NCBI GenBank assembly: GCA_963798485.1
Contig: CAWCTR010000005.1
Coordinates: 70,718-134,717, forward strand
Length of the DNA stretch: 64,000 nt
DNA from: an uncultured delta proteobacterium
GTDB lineage: Bacteria; Desulfobacterota; Desulfomonilia; UBA1062
Direction: 5' to 3'
Position numbers and translations under genes: made by a program. Shown one piece after another: positions 37,744 to 47,615 of the stretch (positions are counted from its first letter, which is position 1; every line of letters begins with the position of its first letter). The notes beneath the pieces were generated by a model that saw only the letters and a program-made list of their open reading frames with translations, was not told the origin of the DNA and did not search any database.

Positions 37744-39687
37744 TCAGATTACGCTGCCTGCACGATGGCCCTCGTGGATGGCTTCAAGGATGCGCCTGGG
37801 GCCTTTGGCGTCGCCTGCTGCCACATAGGTGATTCCCGCCTCCTTGAGGGCCGCCTCGAGTCTGATGTCTGCCCGGGCGCCCATGGCGGTTATGACCGAG
37901 GAGGCAGGGACGGTATTTTCTCCATCGGCCTTTATGAAGTGAACGACGTCCTGGTCGATCTTTGTAACCTTCGCACCGAAGAACATCTTGCCGCCTTTCT
38001 CCCTGATACGCTTGTGAAGCCAATAGCCATGGGCTGTCAGCTTGCCCACAGGTGGTGTTGAGAGCATCTCGAGGATGACCGGCTCGAGGCCTTTTTCCAC
38101 CAGAAAGTCGGCGGTCTCCATGCCCACATACCCTGCGCCGAGGATCACGACAGGTCCTGTTGCCTTGGCCCTGCCCATAAGGACATCGCGTGCATCCATG
38201 ACATGGGGGGCGTCGATGCCGGGTATAGGCGCTGTTACCGGATATGCACCGGTGGTAAGGATCACCGCATCGGGCCTGCCCTCAAGGAGCATCTTTTTCG
38301 ACACAGACTGGCCCAGCCTTATGGGTATGCCACGTTTCTCTAACCTTCTCAGTGCCCATTCCACCCAGGTCCAGAAGGCTTCCTTGTGTGGTGGTCTGCT
38401 GGCGGAGCGCAGTTGGCCCCCGGGTGAGTCTTCCTGCTCGAAGACCTCAACCTCGTGTCCTTGCTCACAGGCTGCAAGGGCCGCGGAAAGGCCCGCCGGG
38501 CCTGCGCCGATCACCCACACTTTTTTGGGGACATCCGCCAATGAAGACCCACGGAATTCCTGGCCGCATTCCGGGTTGAAGGAACAGGTGGCGGACTTCA
38601 TCTCGAAGCTGAGGCGTTCGATACATCCTTGGTTGCACGCCACGCACGGCCTGATATCGTCGAGGTTGCCGGATTTTGACTTGCTGATGAAATCGGGGTC
38701 AGTAAGGTGCTGTCTGCCGAAGCTGATGAGGTCGGCATCACCCCTTTCCAGGGCCTGTTCGGCAAGCTCGGGGTCGCTGATGCGGCCCACCCCGATCACC
38801 GGCACATTCACCGTCGCCTTTATGGCCCTTGCCCTGAACAGGTTGAACCCCGCAGGCGTGTCCATGGAGGCGATGCTCAGGTTCCCTGGTGTGGAATAGA
38901 TACCTACTGATACGTGAAGTGCATCAGCCCCGGCATCCACAAGCTGCGGCGCGAGCCGCTTCATGAACTCCAGGTCGAATCCTCCTCTTATGAGCTCATC
39001 GGCCGACACCCGGACAATGATGGGGAAATCAGGCCCCACTGCCTTCCTGGCCGCAGAAACGACCTCCAGGACGAAGCGGGAGCGATTTTCTTCCGATCCG
39101 CCGTAGGCATCCTGCCTCTGGTTGGAAAAGGGCGAGAGGAACTGATTCAGAAGGTAGCCGTGGGCGCTGTGGATCTCAACGGCGTCGAACCCGGCAGAGC
39201 GTGCCCGCACCGTTGCAGAGGCAAAGGCTTTAATCACCTCGTGGATGCGATCTATGTTCATCTCCTCGCAGGGCTGGCCGAGGATAACACTGGGGATGGC
39301 GGATGGCGCCTCAGGAAGGCCGCCTGCAGCCTCAGGAAATGTCTCCCGGCCGGCATGGTGGAGCTGGATCGCCGCCTTGCCGCCATAGCGGTGTATGGCC
39401 TGTGGGATCTTGGTAAGGGAGCCGATGAAATCGTCGCTCCAGATGCCGAGCTCGTTGGGGAACCCTTTGCCGCGTTGTGTTACGGCGGTCACCTCGGTAA
39501 TGATGAGGCCGGTGCCGCCCTTTGCCCGTCTGGCCAGGTACTGAATCAAACGCTCGCTTGCCGTATTGTCCATGTTTGCGTACGCAGTCCCCATGGCAGG
39601 CATGACCGCCCTGTTCTCAAGCCTCATGCTGCCGATGGAGATGGGAGAAAACAGATGATCATATTTCGTGGGTTTACTCATGTTCAA
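37744..39687 (-). CDS. NADH:flavin oxidoreductase (OYE barrel + 4Fe-4S + FAD domain)
   Basis: EIHSAHGYLL, CVACNQGC..C, GAGPAGL. Confidence 0.93.
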   Translation of the reverse strand: MNMSKPTKYDHLFSPISIGSMRLENRAVMPAMGTAYANMDNTASERLIQYLARRAKGGTGLIITEVTAVTQRGKGFPNELGIWSDDFIGSLTKIPQAIHRYGGKAAIQLHHAGRETFPEAAGGLPEAPSAIPSVILGQPCEEMNIDRIHEVIKAFASATVRARSAGFDAVEIHSAHGYLLNQFLSPFSNQRQDAYGGSEENRSRFVLEVVSAARKAVGPDFPIIVRVSADELIRGGFDLEFMKRLAPQLVDAGADALHVSVGIYSTPGNLSIASMDTPAGFNLFRARAIKATVNVPVIGVGRISDPELAEQALERGDADLISFGRQHLTDPDFISKSKSGNLDDIRPCVACNQGCIERLSFEMKSATCSFNPECGQEFRGSSLADVPKKVWVIGAGPAGLSAALAACEQGHEVEVFEQEDSPGGQLRSASRPPHKEAFWTWVEWALRRLEKRGIPIRLGQSVSKKMLLEGRPDAVILTTGAYPVTAPIPGIDAPHVMDARDVLMGRAKATGPVVILGAGYVGMETADFLVEKGLEPVILEMLSTPPVGKLTAHGYWLHKRIREKGGKMFFGAKVTKIDQDVVHFIKADGENTVPASSVITAMGARADIRLEAALKEAGITYVAAGDAKGPRRILEAIHEGHRAGSVI

Positions 39688-39728
39688 ACTCCTGTGGATT
39701 GTTCATAATTTTTCAGGGTTAGGTAACC

Positions 39729-40562
39729 TCATTGCCTTGTGCTGCTGCGGGCATTTTTCAGTTGCCCTGACTTCTTATGATCTCCACCACGGTTCGGGCC
39801 TGACGGCATGGCGGCTATGCGTGAGCGGTGGGCGCGCGTATGCTCATGCAGGTAGGCCTTGAAACGCATGGCGCTTTCATCAGGGGTGGTGCCGCCTGCC
39901 ATCACCAGCTGGATAAGGGTGCGCATGGTGAGGATATGCTGCTGGACATCAACGGTCCTGAAGAAGGATGCTACGAACCTGATCCTCAGCTGCCGCATGG
40001 AGTTGGCGAATAACCGCAGGATGGTGCTCCCGGCGAGCTTGACGATCATGTCTTGTATCTCCACCTCAATGGCGGCCAGTTCCAAATAGTTGGTGCCCTT
40101 TTTCATGGCATCGAGCTGTTGCTTGAAAAGTATGTCCATGGCCCCAAGGTCGGCGGGTGTCGCCCGCCTCAGAGCCAGCTTCAAAATCGCCGGTACGACC
40201 TCGATCCAGTGGTCAAGGAGCTCAAGATTGAAGGCACTCCCGAATTCGATATCAGGCATGCCGAACACGGCATCGAGAAAATCGAGCCCGGCATGTTCCC
40301 GGTAGTCGAGGACCACCACGCCCGAGCCCTGAACCGCCCTTACGATGTTCCTGCTTGCAAGTTCGTTGAGCGCGGCGCGTAGCGAGGTGCGGTCAATCCC
40401 GAGCTGCTCCGCGAGCACTCGGTCCGGCGGAAGCCGGTCACCCGGCTTCAGCTCACCCATAAAGATCCGGGCGATAAGAAGGTCGGCAATCCGCCTCGGC
40501 AGGGGTTTTTCGCGGTCCTGTCGGGGGCTGTTATCAGGGAGGGGTTCATGGCCTTTACCCAT
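39729..40562 (-). CDS. GntR/FadR-family transcriptional regulator
   Basis: LKPGDRLPPDRVLAEQLGIDRTSLRAAL..QGSG; FCD-like C-terminus. Confidence 0.9.
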   Translation of the reverse strand: MGKGHEPLPDNSPRQDREKPLPRRIADLLIARIFMGELKPGDRLPPDRVLAEQLGIDRTSLRAALNELASRNIVRAVQGSGVVVLDYREHAGLDFLDAVFGMPDIEFGSAFNLELLDHWIEVVPAILKLALRRATPADLGAMDILFKQQLDAMKKGTNYLELAAIEVEIQDMIVKLAGSTILRLFANSMRQLRIRFVASFFRTVDVQQHILTMRTLIQLVMAGGTTPDESAMRFKAYLHEHTRAHRSRIAAMPSGPNRGGDHKKSGQLKNARSSTRQ

Positions 40563-40580
40563 AATTGGATAAACCAATTA
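40562..40580. promoter_or_regulatory. Candidate FadR-type operator
   Basis: Perfect inverted repeat TAATTGG-ATAAA-CCAATTA abutting the regulator start codon. Confidence 0.6.
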
Positions 40581-40762
40581 GATTAAATGGACTAACATGT
40601 CAAGGGATATCTAAAGCCGTTCTGTTGTTCATTGATGGAATATGAGGAATTGAGGACAGAGATATGATATAAGTACGAACCAGTTGCCGAAGTCTTGAGT
40701 ATGTCATTCCTAATTGGGTAAGTATTGAGCTTTTGAATTTCAGAATCTTAGGGGAGGTGGTC

Positions 40763-41674
40763 ATGAAGAGATGTATTCAGGTTATTCTTGCTGTACTCTG
40801 GGTCTTCCTTATTGTCGGGGTCTCTTGTGCGGCTGACGGACTGCAGAAGATATCCGATCATGTCTATGCCTATGCAGGCACCATCAACCCATCATATGCC
40901 AACAGCTTCGGCGCCAATGCAGGCATGGTAATCGGCGACAAGGGGATCCTTGTAGTCGATACCCTGGGGTCAGCGAAAGAGGCCCGGAAGTTTATAGAGG
41001 ATATCAAGAGGATTTCCGACAAGCCTATCCGCTATGTGGTGAACACGCATAGTCATTTCGATCATACCTTCGGTAATTCCGAGTTTGCCGCCATACATGC
41101 CGTGATATTCGCCCAGACCAGCTGCCCTATCAACATGAACAAGACGCTGCCCTTGGTCATCAAGAATGCCAAGAACTACGGCATCACCGATGAGGAGGCC
41201 AAGGCCGTAAAGATTACGTATCCGGATGTCACTTCCCCTGAAATGATGCGAATAGACCTTGGCAACGTAAGGGTGGATATCCTGTTCATGGCGCCTTCAC
41301 ATACGGATGACAGCGTTATGGTTTTCATACCCCGGGACAGGGTGCTCTTTTCAGGCGATGTGCTCTTCACCGACTACTACCCTTACATGGGAGATGGCGA
41401 CATCATAGGCTGGGTAAAGACCCTGGACTTCATCAAGAGCGTGCCGGTAGACAAGATCATCCCCGGCCATGGGCCTGTATCTTCAAAGAAAGATGTCGCT
41501 GAGATGAAGGATTACCTTCTGACCTTTGACCAGAAGGCGAAAGAACTGTGCGCCAAGTCGAACGATATCGAAGCCGTTTCAGCAGAACTCAAGAGGTCGC
41601 TCCCGGCTCGGTCCCAGGCAGACTTCCTCATTAAGAGCAGTATACAAGCGAAATACCTGCAGGCAAAAAACTAA
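40763..41674 (+). CDS. Exported MBL-fold hydrolase (cyclase/glyoxalase II-like)
   Basis: RBS GGAGG; signal peptide; NTHSHFDHTFGN, HT, FSGD, IPGHG. Confidence 0.9.
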   Translation: MKRCIQVILAVLWVFLIVGVSCAADGLQKISDHVYAYAGTINPSYANSFGANAGMVIGDKGILVVDTLGSAKEARKFIEDIKRISDKPIRYVVNTHSHFDHTFGNSEFAAIHAVIFAQTSCPINMNKTLPLVIKNAKNYGITDEEAKAVKITYPDVTSPEMMRIDLGNVRVDILFMAPSHTDDSVMVFIPRDRVLFSGDVLFTDYYPYMGDGDIIGWVKTLDFIKSVPVDKIIPGHGPVSSKKDVAEMKDYLLTFDQKAKELCAKSNDIEAVSAELKRSLPARSQADFLIKSSIQAKYLQAKN

Positions 41675-41722
41675 AGTGCACCTTTAATTATTCAGGTACT
41701 CTCGAATGAATTTATTATGAGT

Positions 41723-41771
41723 GTCACCCCCGCGAAAGCGGGGGTCCAGAAGTTATTGAAAAGACTGGATT
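41723..41771. repeat. REP-like hairpin between convergent genes
   Basis: GTCACCCCCGCGAAAGCGGGGGTCCAG..CTGGATT. Confidence 0.6.
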
Positions 41772-41796
41772 CGAAGCTTCCGCTCATCTTCTAAGC

Positions 41797-42483
41797 CTAC
41801 TCTTTCCCCGGCGCACCCATTCCCTGAGGCATCATCCCGTGCGGCATGCCGGAGGGCATCTTGGGCATCTGGAACTTTTTGGGTGTCTCCGTGATGGCGG
41901 TCTTGGCGCCGGTGCCGTACCCTGTCAGGAGCATCTCGAAGTCCTTGGCCGATGACTTGACCATGCAGTAGGGCGGGACCTTGTCGCTGATCCAGGAGTC
42001 CACCACCTCCTTCTCATTCAGGTATTGCATATGCTGAGCCCTGAAGGTGCCTGCAGGGACCGTAATGGTCTCCATGCCCTTGTCCACGACCTTGCCCTTG
42101 GGTTGTGATGTCTGGGCAGGCCGTTTCCCCTGTTTCATGATGGGCATCTCCATGGCCTGTTCATTGCCTCGCTTCATGATCATGCGTGTGCCGCCCTTCT
42201 GGTCGTTAGGGTCTCCGGACACGAGCATCTTCACAACGTTGCGGCCGCCCTGTATGTCGGTTGCGGTCTCGTACCAGTACGAGTTGTCTTCCTTGCCCAC
42301 GATGGCGACCTTCATCTTGGACTGGGGCTGCTTGCCGCCCTTTATCTGATACTCGGCCCAGGCACCCACAACGGGCTTGAAGTTGCCGTGGAGCTTGGGA
42401 CCTTGGTCCTTGCCCCATTGTGCAAAGGCCGCCTGCGCCAAGATGAACACGAACACCATGATAAAAATCAGTGATCTCTTCAT
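41797..42483 (-). CDS. Exported hypothetical protein
   Basis: Signal ..AQAAFA; ETITVPAGTF motif; Met/Pro/Gly-rich tail. Confidence 0.75.
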   Translation of the reverse strand: MKRSLIFIMVFVFILAQAAFAQWGKDQGPKLHGNFKPVVGAWAEYQIKGGKQPQSKMKVAIVGKEDNSYWYETATDIQGGRNVVKMLVSGDPNDQKGGTRMIMKRGNEQAMEMPIMKQGKRPAQTSQPKGKVVDKGMETITVPAGTFRAQHMQYLNEKEVVDSWISDKVPPYCMVKSSAKDFEMLLTGYGTGAKTAITETPKKFQMPKMPSGMPHGMMPQGMGAPGKE

Positions 42484-42507
42484 TGTTCCCTCCCCCTTAG
42501 CGACGTA

Positions 42508-42966
42508 TTATTTTATAGAGACAACCCGGATAGTGTCTCCCACCTTCACCTCACCGCCTGTAATGACCTTTGCAAAAACGCCCTCACGGGGCATGACGCA
42601 GTCGCCTACCTGCTTGAAGATCGCACAGCGGTCATGGCAGATCTTGCCGATCTGGGTAAGTTCAAGGAGGACCATTTCATTGACGACAAATCGTGTCCCC
42701 ACAGGCAGCTCATGGAGGATGATGCCCTCGGTGGTGAGGTTCTCGGCAAAATCACCGAACTGAACATCCAGGCCCTTGGCCCATATTTTCTCGATGCTCT
42801 CCTTTGCAAGGAGGCTCACCTGTCGGATCTCCATGCCTGCATGGGCATCGCTCTCAATACCAAGCCCTTCTGTGAGAAGGCATCTCCCGATATTGTGTTT
42901 CTTCTGTCCCTTCTCTGAGCTCACATTCACGGAAAGGATTGTTCCTTTTTGATATGTGTCTTTCAC
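42508..42966 (-). CDS. MOSC-domain protein
   Basis: DAHAG..RQVSLL, GDFAENLT, QIGKICH..C..GDCVMPREG. Confidence 0.92.
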   Translation of the reverse strand: MKDTYQKGTILSVNVSSEKGQKKHNIGRCLLTEGLGIESDAHAGMEIRQVSLLAKESIEKIWAKGLDVQFGDFAENLTTEGIILHELPVGTRFVVNEMVLLELTQIGKICHDRCAIFKQVGDCVMPREGVFAKVITGGEVKVGDTIRVVSIK

Positions 42967-43078
42967 AAAAGCCTCTTGCCTTTTTTTATTTTAACTACAT
43001 GCAACTTACAAGCATTATCAAGGTCTCTTTCCATAATAATATATGATAAGGATAATAAAAAGAAGGACGGGACAAGGG

Positions 43079-44185
43079 ATGAAGGAGAGGGTCATGGTTG
43101 CCTTGAGCGGCGGGGTGGACTCTGCTGTTGCCGCGTATCTCCTGAAAGAGGCGGGATATGAGGTTGTGGGTGTCACCATGTGCCTGGGTGTGGAAACACC
43201 CGAATCCGGCAAGGTGAAATGCTGCGGCCCCCGGGAGATTGAAGATGCCAGGGGCGTATGCCGCTCGCTGGGCATCAGCCATTTTGTGCTCGATTTCGCG
43301 CCTGAACTCGCCCGCTTCGTCATAGGGCCTTTTATCCAGGAATACCGCACAGGCAGGACCCCGAACCCCTGCGTGGAATGCAACAGACGCATAAAATTCG
43401 GAACGTTACTGGAAATGGCCCTGTCCATGGGGTTTGACCTCCTGGCTACAGGCCACTATGCCCTCGTAGATAAGTCGGGAGGTACCTGCTGCCTTAAGAC
43501 GGCAAAGGATTCCAGAAAGGATCAGACCTATTTCCTCTCCGGTATACCCAAGGAGGCCCTGAAGCACATAGTCTTTCCCCTGGCGGATCTCACCAAGGAC
43601 CAGGTCCGCTCTGTGGCGAGCAGCGCCAACCTGCCGGTCTCATCCAAGCCGGACAGTCAGGATATCTGCTTTATCCCTGAAGGCGGGGTAGGCGAATTCT
43701 TAAAGAAAAGCATTGATGAAACCCCCGGGGACATCGTCAACCGCAAAGGAAAGATCCTCGGCCGCCACAGGGGGATACCCTTCTACACCATAGGCCAGCG
43801 CACAGGGCTGGGTATCAGCGCAGGCAGGCCCCAATACGTGCTCTCCCTGGATGCTGCCCAGAACAGGATCGTTGTAGGTGATAGAAGATTTCTGGCAGCT
43901 CAGGGCCTCGTTGCGGATCGTCTGAACCTCTTCATGGATGACCTTGGCGAAAGGGCATTCGGGAAGATCCGTTATGCACATACCCCGGCGCCGTGCACGG
44001 CAACCCTTGGGAATACAGAGATGAAGGTGTTGTTCGACGAGCCCCAGGAGGCCATCACGCCTGGGCAGACCATAGTCCTGTACGATAACGGCATGGTCCT
44101 GGCATCAGGGATTATCAAAGAGGTGATCAAGCGGGATTACGCAAACACTTTAGGATATGAGCAGGCTTCGTCACGGAACGGATAA
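43079..44185 (+). CDS. mnmA: tRNA 2-thiouridine synthase
   Basis: SGGVDS, TPNPCVECN, ATGHY, KDQTYFL, DSQDICF, YTIGQR, AITPGQ. Confidence 0.96.
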   Translation: MKERVMVALSGGVDSAVAAYLLKEAGYEVVGVTMCLGVETPESGKVKCCGPREIEDARGVCRSLGISHFVLDFAPELARFVIGPFIQEYRTGRTPNPCVECNRRIKFGTLLEMALSMGFDLLATGHYALVDKSGGTCCLKTAKDSRKDQTYFLSGIPKEALKHIVFPLADLTKDQVRSVASSANLPVSSKPDSQDICFIPEGGVGEFLKKSIDETPGDIVNRKGKILGRHRGIPFYTIGQRTGLGISAGRPQYVLSLDAAQNRIVVGDRRFLAAQGLVADRLNLFMDDLGERAFGKIRYAHTPAPCTATLGNTEMKVLFDEPQEAITPGQTIVLYDNGMVLASGIIKEVIKRDYANTLGYEQASSRNG

Positions 44186-44187
44186 TT

Positions 44188-45009
44188 ATGGCTGATGTCA
44201 GCTGCCATGAAAAACTCTCCCAGCTCAAAGGCCTCCTCAAATCGTGGGGCGGATGTGCAGTGGCCTTCTCCGGGGGGGTGGACAGCACGCTGCTCCTTGC
44301 AGTGGCCCATGAAATCTTGGGCAAGAAGTGCCTTGCCGTCATTGCGACCTCATCCACCTACCCCAAGAGGGAATATGATGAGGCCCTTAAGTGGGTTAAG
44401 GACCAGGGCATAGTGCATACCGTGATCGTCTCCGAAGAGCTCGACATACAAGGCTTCTCGGATAATCCGCCCCAGAGGTGCTATTACTGCAAAAAGGAAT
44501 TATTCTCCAAGATCGCCGATGAGGCAAAAAGGTTCGGTGTGTCCGTAATAGCAGACGGCACGAACAGCGACGATACGGGCGATTTCCGGCCGGGCATGAA
44601 GGCTGCCCGGGAGCTTGGCGTCCGGAGCCCTCTGTTGGAATGCGGGCTTACGAAGAAGGACATCCGGCTCATATCGCGCGAGGTATATAACCTGCCCACA
44701 GCGGACAAGCAGCCCATGGCCTGCATGGCATCCCGCATCCCCTACGGCTCTGTGGTCACAAAAGAGAAACTCAAGCAGGTGGAGGCCATCGAGGACTTCC
44801 TCGCTGAAAAGGGGTTCAAGGTATTCCGGGCACGGCATCACGGAGATCTGCTCAGGATCGAGCTCGGCAAAGACGAGATGACCATGCTCCAAGACGGGAC
44901 ACTGGTATCCGAGCTTGTGGATTTTGCCAAGCACGCGGGCTTTGTATATGTCACGCTGGATCTCCAGGGGTTCCGCTCAGGCAGCATGAACGAGGTTCTC
45001 CTCATTTAA
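44188..45009 (+). CDS. larE: ATP-dependent sulfur transferase LarE-like (TIGR00268)
   Basis: AFSGGVDS, RCYYCK, DGTN.DD..DFRPG, ACMASRIPYG, GFRSGSMN. Confidence 0.92.
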   Translation: MADVSCHEKLSQLKGLLKSWGGCAVAFSGGVDSTLLLAVAHEILGKKCLAVIATSSTYPKREYDEALKWVKDQGIVHTVIVSEELDIQGFSDNPPQRCYYCKKELFSKIADEAKRFGVSVIADGTNSDDTGDFRPGMKAARELGVRSPLLECGLTKKDIRLISREVYNLPTADKQPMACMASRIPYGSVVTKEKLKQVEAIEDFLAEKGFKVFRARHHGDLLRIELGKDEMTMLQDGTLVSELVDFAKHAGFVYVTLDLQGFRSGSMNEVLLI

Positions 45010-45122
45010 ATAGCACCATTTTGGTCAAATGTGGATATTTATCGAAAAATGCTATACAATATACAAGCGGATAGATGTTCTTTGCATGAACAAGACCCTG
45101 GATGCGTCTGGAGGAGGTGGGC

Positions 45123-47615
45123 ATGGGTGTACCCACGGACAGCTCAGAGAAAGACAGGATCAGCAGGCTTGAGGGCAAGGTTACCGAAACGCAGCTCACC
45201 ATCGCTCAGCTCCTGGCAAAAGAGCGTGAGCTTTCCCAGATCATCGAGTCCATGCCCATCGCAGCCTTTGTCATTAATAGGGCCCACAGCATCACCCACT
45301 TGAACGCCGCTTTCGAACACCTCACCGAGGTAAAGAGGGAGGACTTCCTCCACACGAAGAAGCAGTGGTCGCCCTTCTATGCCCGCAAGAAGAAGACGTT
45401 AGCCGATCTTGTGGTCGACAATGCCACGAGGGCCCAGATCGAGGCCTACTATGGGAAGGAATCCCGCAGGATCAGCCACAGGGACGGGGCATATGCGGTG
45501 GAGCTCTTCTTTCCCCACCTCGGGAACAAGGGAAAATGGATATTCTGCACCGCCTCACCCTTGAAGGACCGGCATGGGGTAACCATAGGCGCGGTGGAGA
45601 CACTCCAGGACCTCACCTCCCGCAAGGAGGTGGAAGAGGCCCTCTTCAAATCCGAGGAGAAATCCCGGATCATCCTCGACCAGATCGAAGACGGTTACTA
45701 CGAGGTCGACCTCCAGGGAAGGGTCATATTCTTCAATGACGCCTTCTGCATGATCATAGGCTATTCCAAGGCAGACATGGTGGGCATGTCGTACAAGGAG
45801 TTCGCCGGCCCCAGGTATACGAAAAAGATCTTCACCATGTACAACAGGGTCTTCAGGACCGGCAGACCCATCAAGGCCTTCGAGTGGGAGATCGTCAGGA
45901 AGGACGGAACAAAAAGGCTCGTGGAGTTCTCCGTGTCCCTCATGAGGGACGCATCCAATGCCCCGACGGGGTTCCGGGGCATCGTCCGCGACGTCACGGA
46001 TGCGAGGAGGCAGGAAAAGGAACTTGTCAGATACAAGAACCACCTCGAGGAGCTCGTGCAGGAGCGGACCTCCGAATTGAACAAAACCAACAGGAGGCTC
46101 ACCAGGGTCATCGACAACCTGAGGAAGGCGGAAAAGAATCTGCTGAAGCAGAAGAATTTTTCGGAAGGCGTCATCAGGTCGCTGCCTTGCATCTTTTACA
46201 TGATCGATAAGTCCGGCCATTTCATCAAATGGAACAAGAAAACTGAGGAGATAGGAGGCTATTCAACCGATGAGATGAGCGGCGTCCATGCCCTCGACTT
46301 CTTCCCGCAAAGGGAAAAGGCAAACATCGCTGAAAAGATCCGCGAGGTGTTCATCAGGGGCAGGGCGTTCACCAACACCACCGTGCTCGGCAGGGACGGC
46401 CGTGAGACGCCCCACTACTTCACCGGGGTGAGGACGCACATCGACGGCAAGCGCTACCAGGTGGGAGTGGGGATCGACACCTCGGACGCGGTCCGCGCTG
46501 AAAAGGCCCTCAGGGAGAGCGAAGAAAAGCTCTCCGCAATCCTCGCATCCGTAACGGACTACATGATTATCATCGACCGGTCCTACTGCGTGGTATGGGC
46601 CAATGAAAGGGCGCTGTCCCTGTTCCCTGACCTGCTGAACAACACCTGCCACCAGGCCATCCTTAACCGTGCACACCCCTGCGAGGCGTGCATCGGCGAA
46701 CAGTGTTTCAGGAAGGGCGGCACGCATGAGCGGGAGGGCAGCTTTGTCATCCCTGCAAGCGGGCACAAGATGGACTTCTGGAGCACCACGAGCATAGTGA
46801 CCAGGTTCGAGGACGGCACACCGGAGCTCATCTTAGAGCTCATCAGGGACACTACGGAGAAGAAGGCCTACGAGGCCGAGGCCGTGCGTGTGGGCCAACT
46901 CGCCTCCCTTGGAGAGCTCGCCGCAGGTGTGGCCCACGAGATCAACAACCCCATCAACGGGATCCTCAACTACGTGCAGATCCTCCTGGAGAAGGCGGAT
47001 AAGGCATCTGACGGCCGTGAGATCCTGCAGAGGATAGCAGGGGAGGGCGAGCGGGTGACCGGCATCGTCCACAACCTCCTCTCCTTTGCCCGGGTGAGGA
47101 AAGACGAATTCATATCGACCTCAGTGGACGAGGTTCTCAGGGCCTGCCTAGGGCTCGTGGCAAAACAGCTGGCGAACGATGGGATCACGCTGAAGATCGA
47201 TACGAGCGGTAACCTCCCCAGGCTCTACTGCAACAGCCAGCAGTTGCAGCAGGTATTCCTGAATATCATCAGCAATGCCCGGTATGCCTTGAACCAGAAA
47301 TACCCGGGCAGCAACAGAAACAAGATCATCGAGATCCTTGCAGAGAAGACCCGGATAAAGAAAGGCAGGGCCATAAGGATCGTCGTGTGCGACCACGGCA
47401 CGGGCATACCTGAAGAGATCCTCGACAAGATCGGCTCCCCTTTCTTCACGACCAAACCGGTGAATGAAGGAACGGGCCTCGGGCTGAACATCAGCCACGG
47501 GATCATCAGGAACCACGGCGGCAGGCTGTGGTTCGACAGCAGGGTGGGCGAGTTCACCAGGGTTGTCATCGACCTGCCTGCCCACCTGTCAGAGGAACGT
47601 CATGCAGGACCTTGA
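45123..47615 (+). CDS. Cytoplasmic multi-PAS sensor histidine kinase
   Basis: About four PAS domains; GVAHEINNP, QVFLNII.NA, DHGTG, PFFTTK, GTGLGL; no TM. Confidence 0.94.
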   Translation: MGVPTDSSEKDRISRLEGKVTETQLTIAQLLAKERELSQIIESMPIAAFVINRAHSITHLNAAFEHLTEVKREDFLHTKKQWSPFYARKKKTLADLVVDNATRAQIEAYYGKESRRISHRDGAYAVELFFPHLGNKGKWIFCTASPLKDRHGVTIGAVETLQDLTSRKEVEEALFKSEEKSRIILDQIEDGYYEVDLQGRVIFFNDAFCMIIGYSKADMVGMSYKEFAGPRYTKKIFTMYNRVFRTGRPIKAFEWEIVRKDGTKRLVEFSVSLMRDASNAPTGFRGIVRDVTDARRQEKELVRYKNHLEELVQERTSELNKTNRRLTRVIDNLRKAEKNLLKQKNFSEGVIRSLPCIFYMIDKSGHFIKWNKKTEEIGGYSTDEMSGVHALDFFPQREKANIAEKIREVFIRGRAFTNTTVLGRDGRETPHYFTGVRTHIDGKRYQVGVGIDTSDAVRAEKALRESEEKLSAILASVTDYMIIIDRSYCVVWANERALSLFPDLLNNTCHQAILNRAHPCEACIGEQCFRKGGTHEREGSFVIPASGHKMDFWSTTSIVTRFEDGTPELILELIRDTTEKKAYEAEAVRVGQLASLGELAAGVAHEINNPINGILNYVQILLEKADKASDGREILQRIAGEGERVTGIVHNLLSFARVRKDEFISTSVDEVLRACLGLVAKQLANDGITLKIDTSGNLPRLYCNSQQLQQVFLNIISNARYALNQKYPGSNRNKIIEILAEKTRIKKGRAIRIVVCDHGTGIPEEILDKIGSPFFTTKPVNEGTGLGLNISHGIIRNHGGRLWFDSRVGEFTRVVIDLPAHLSEERHAGP

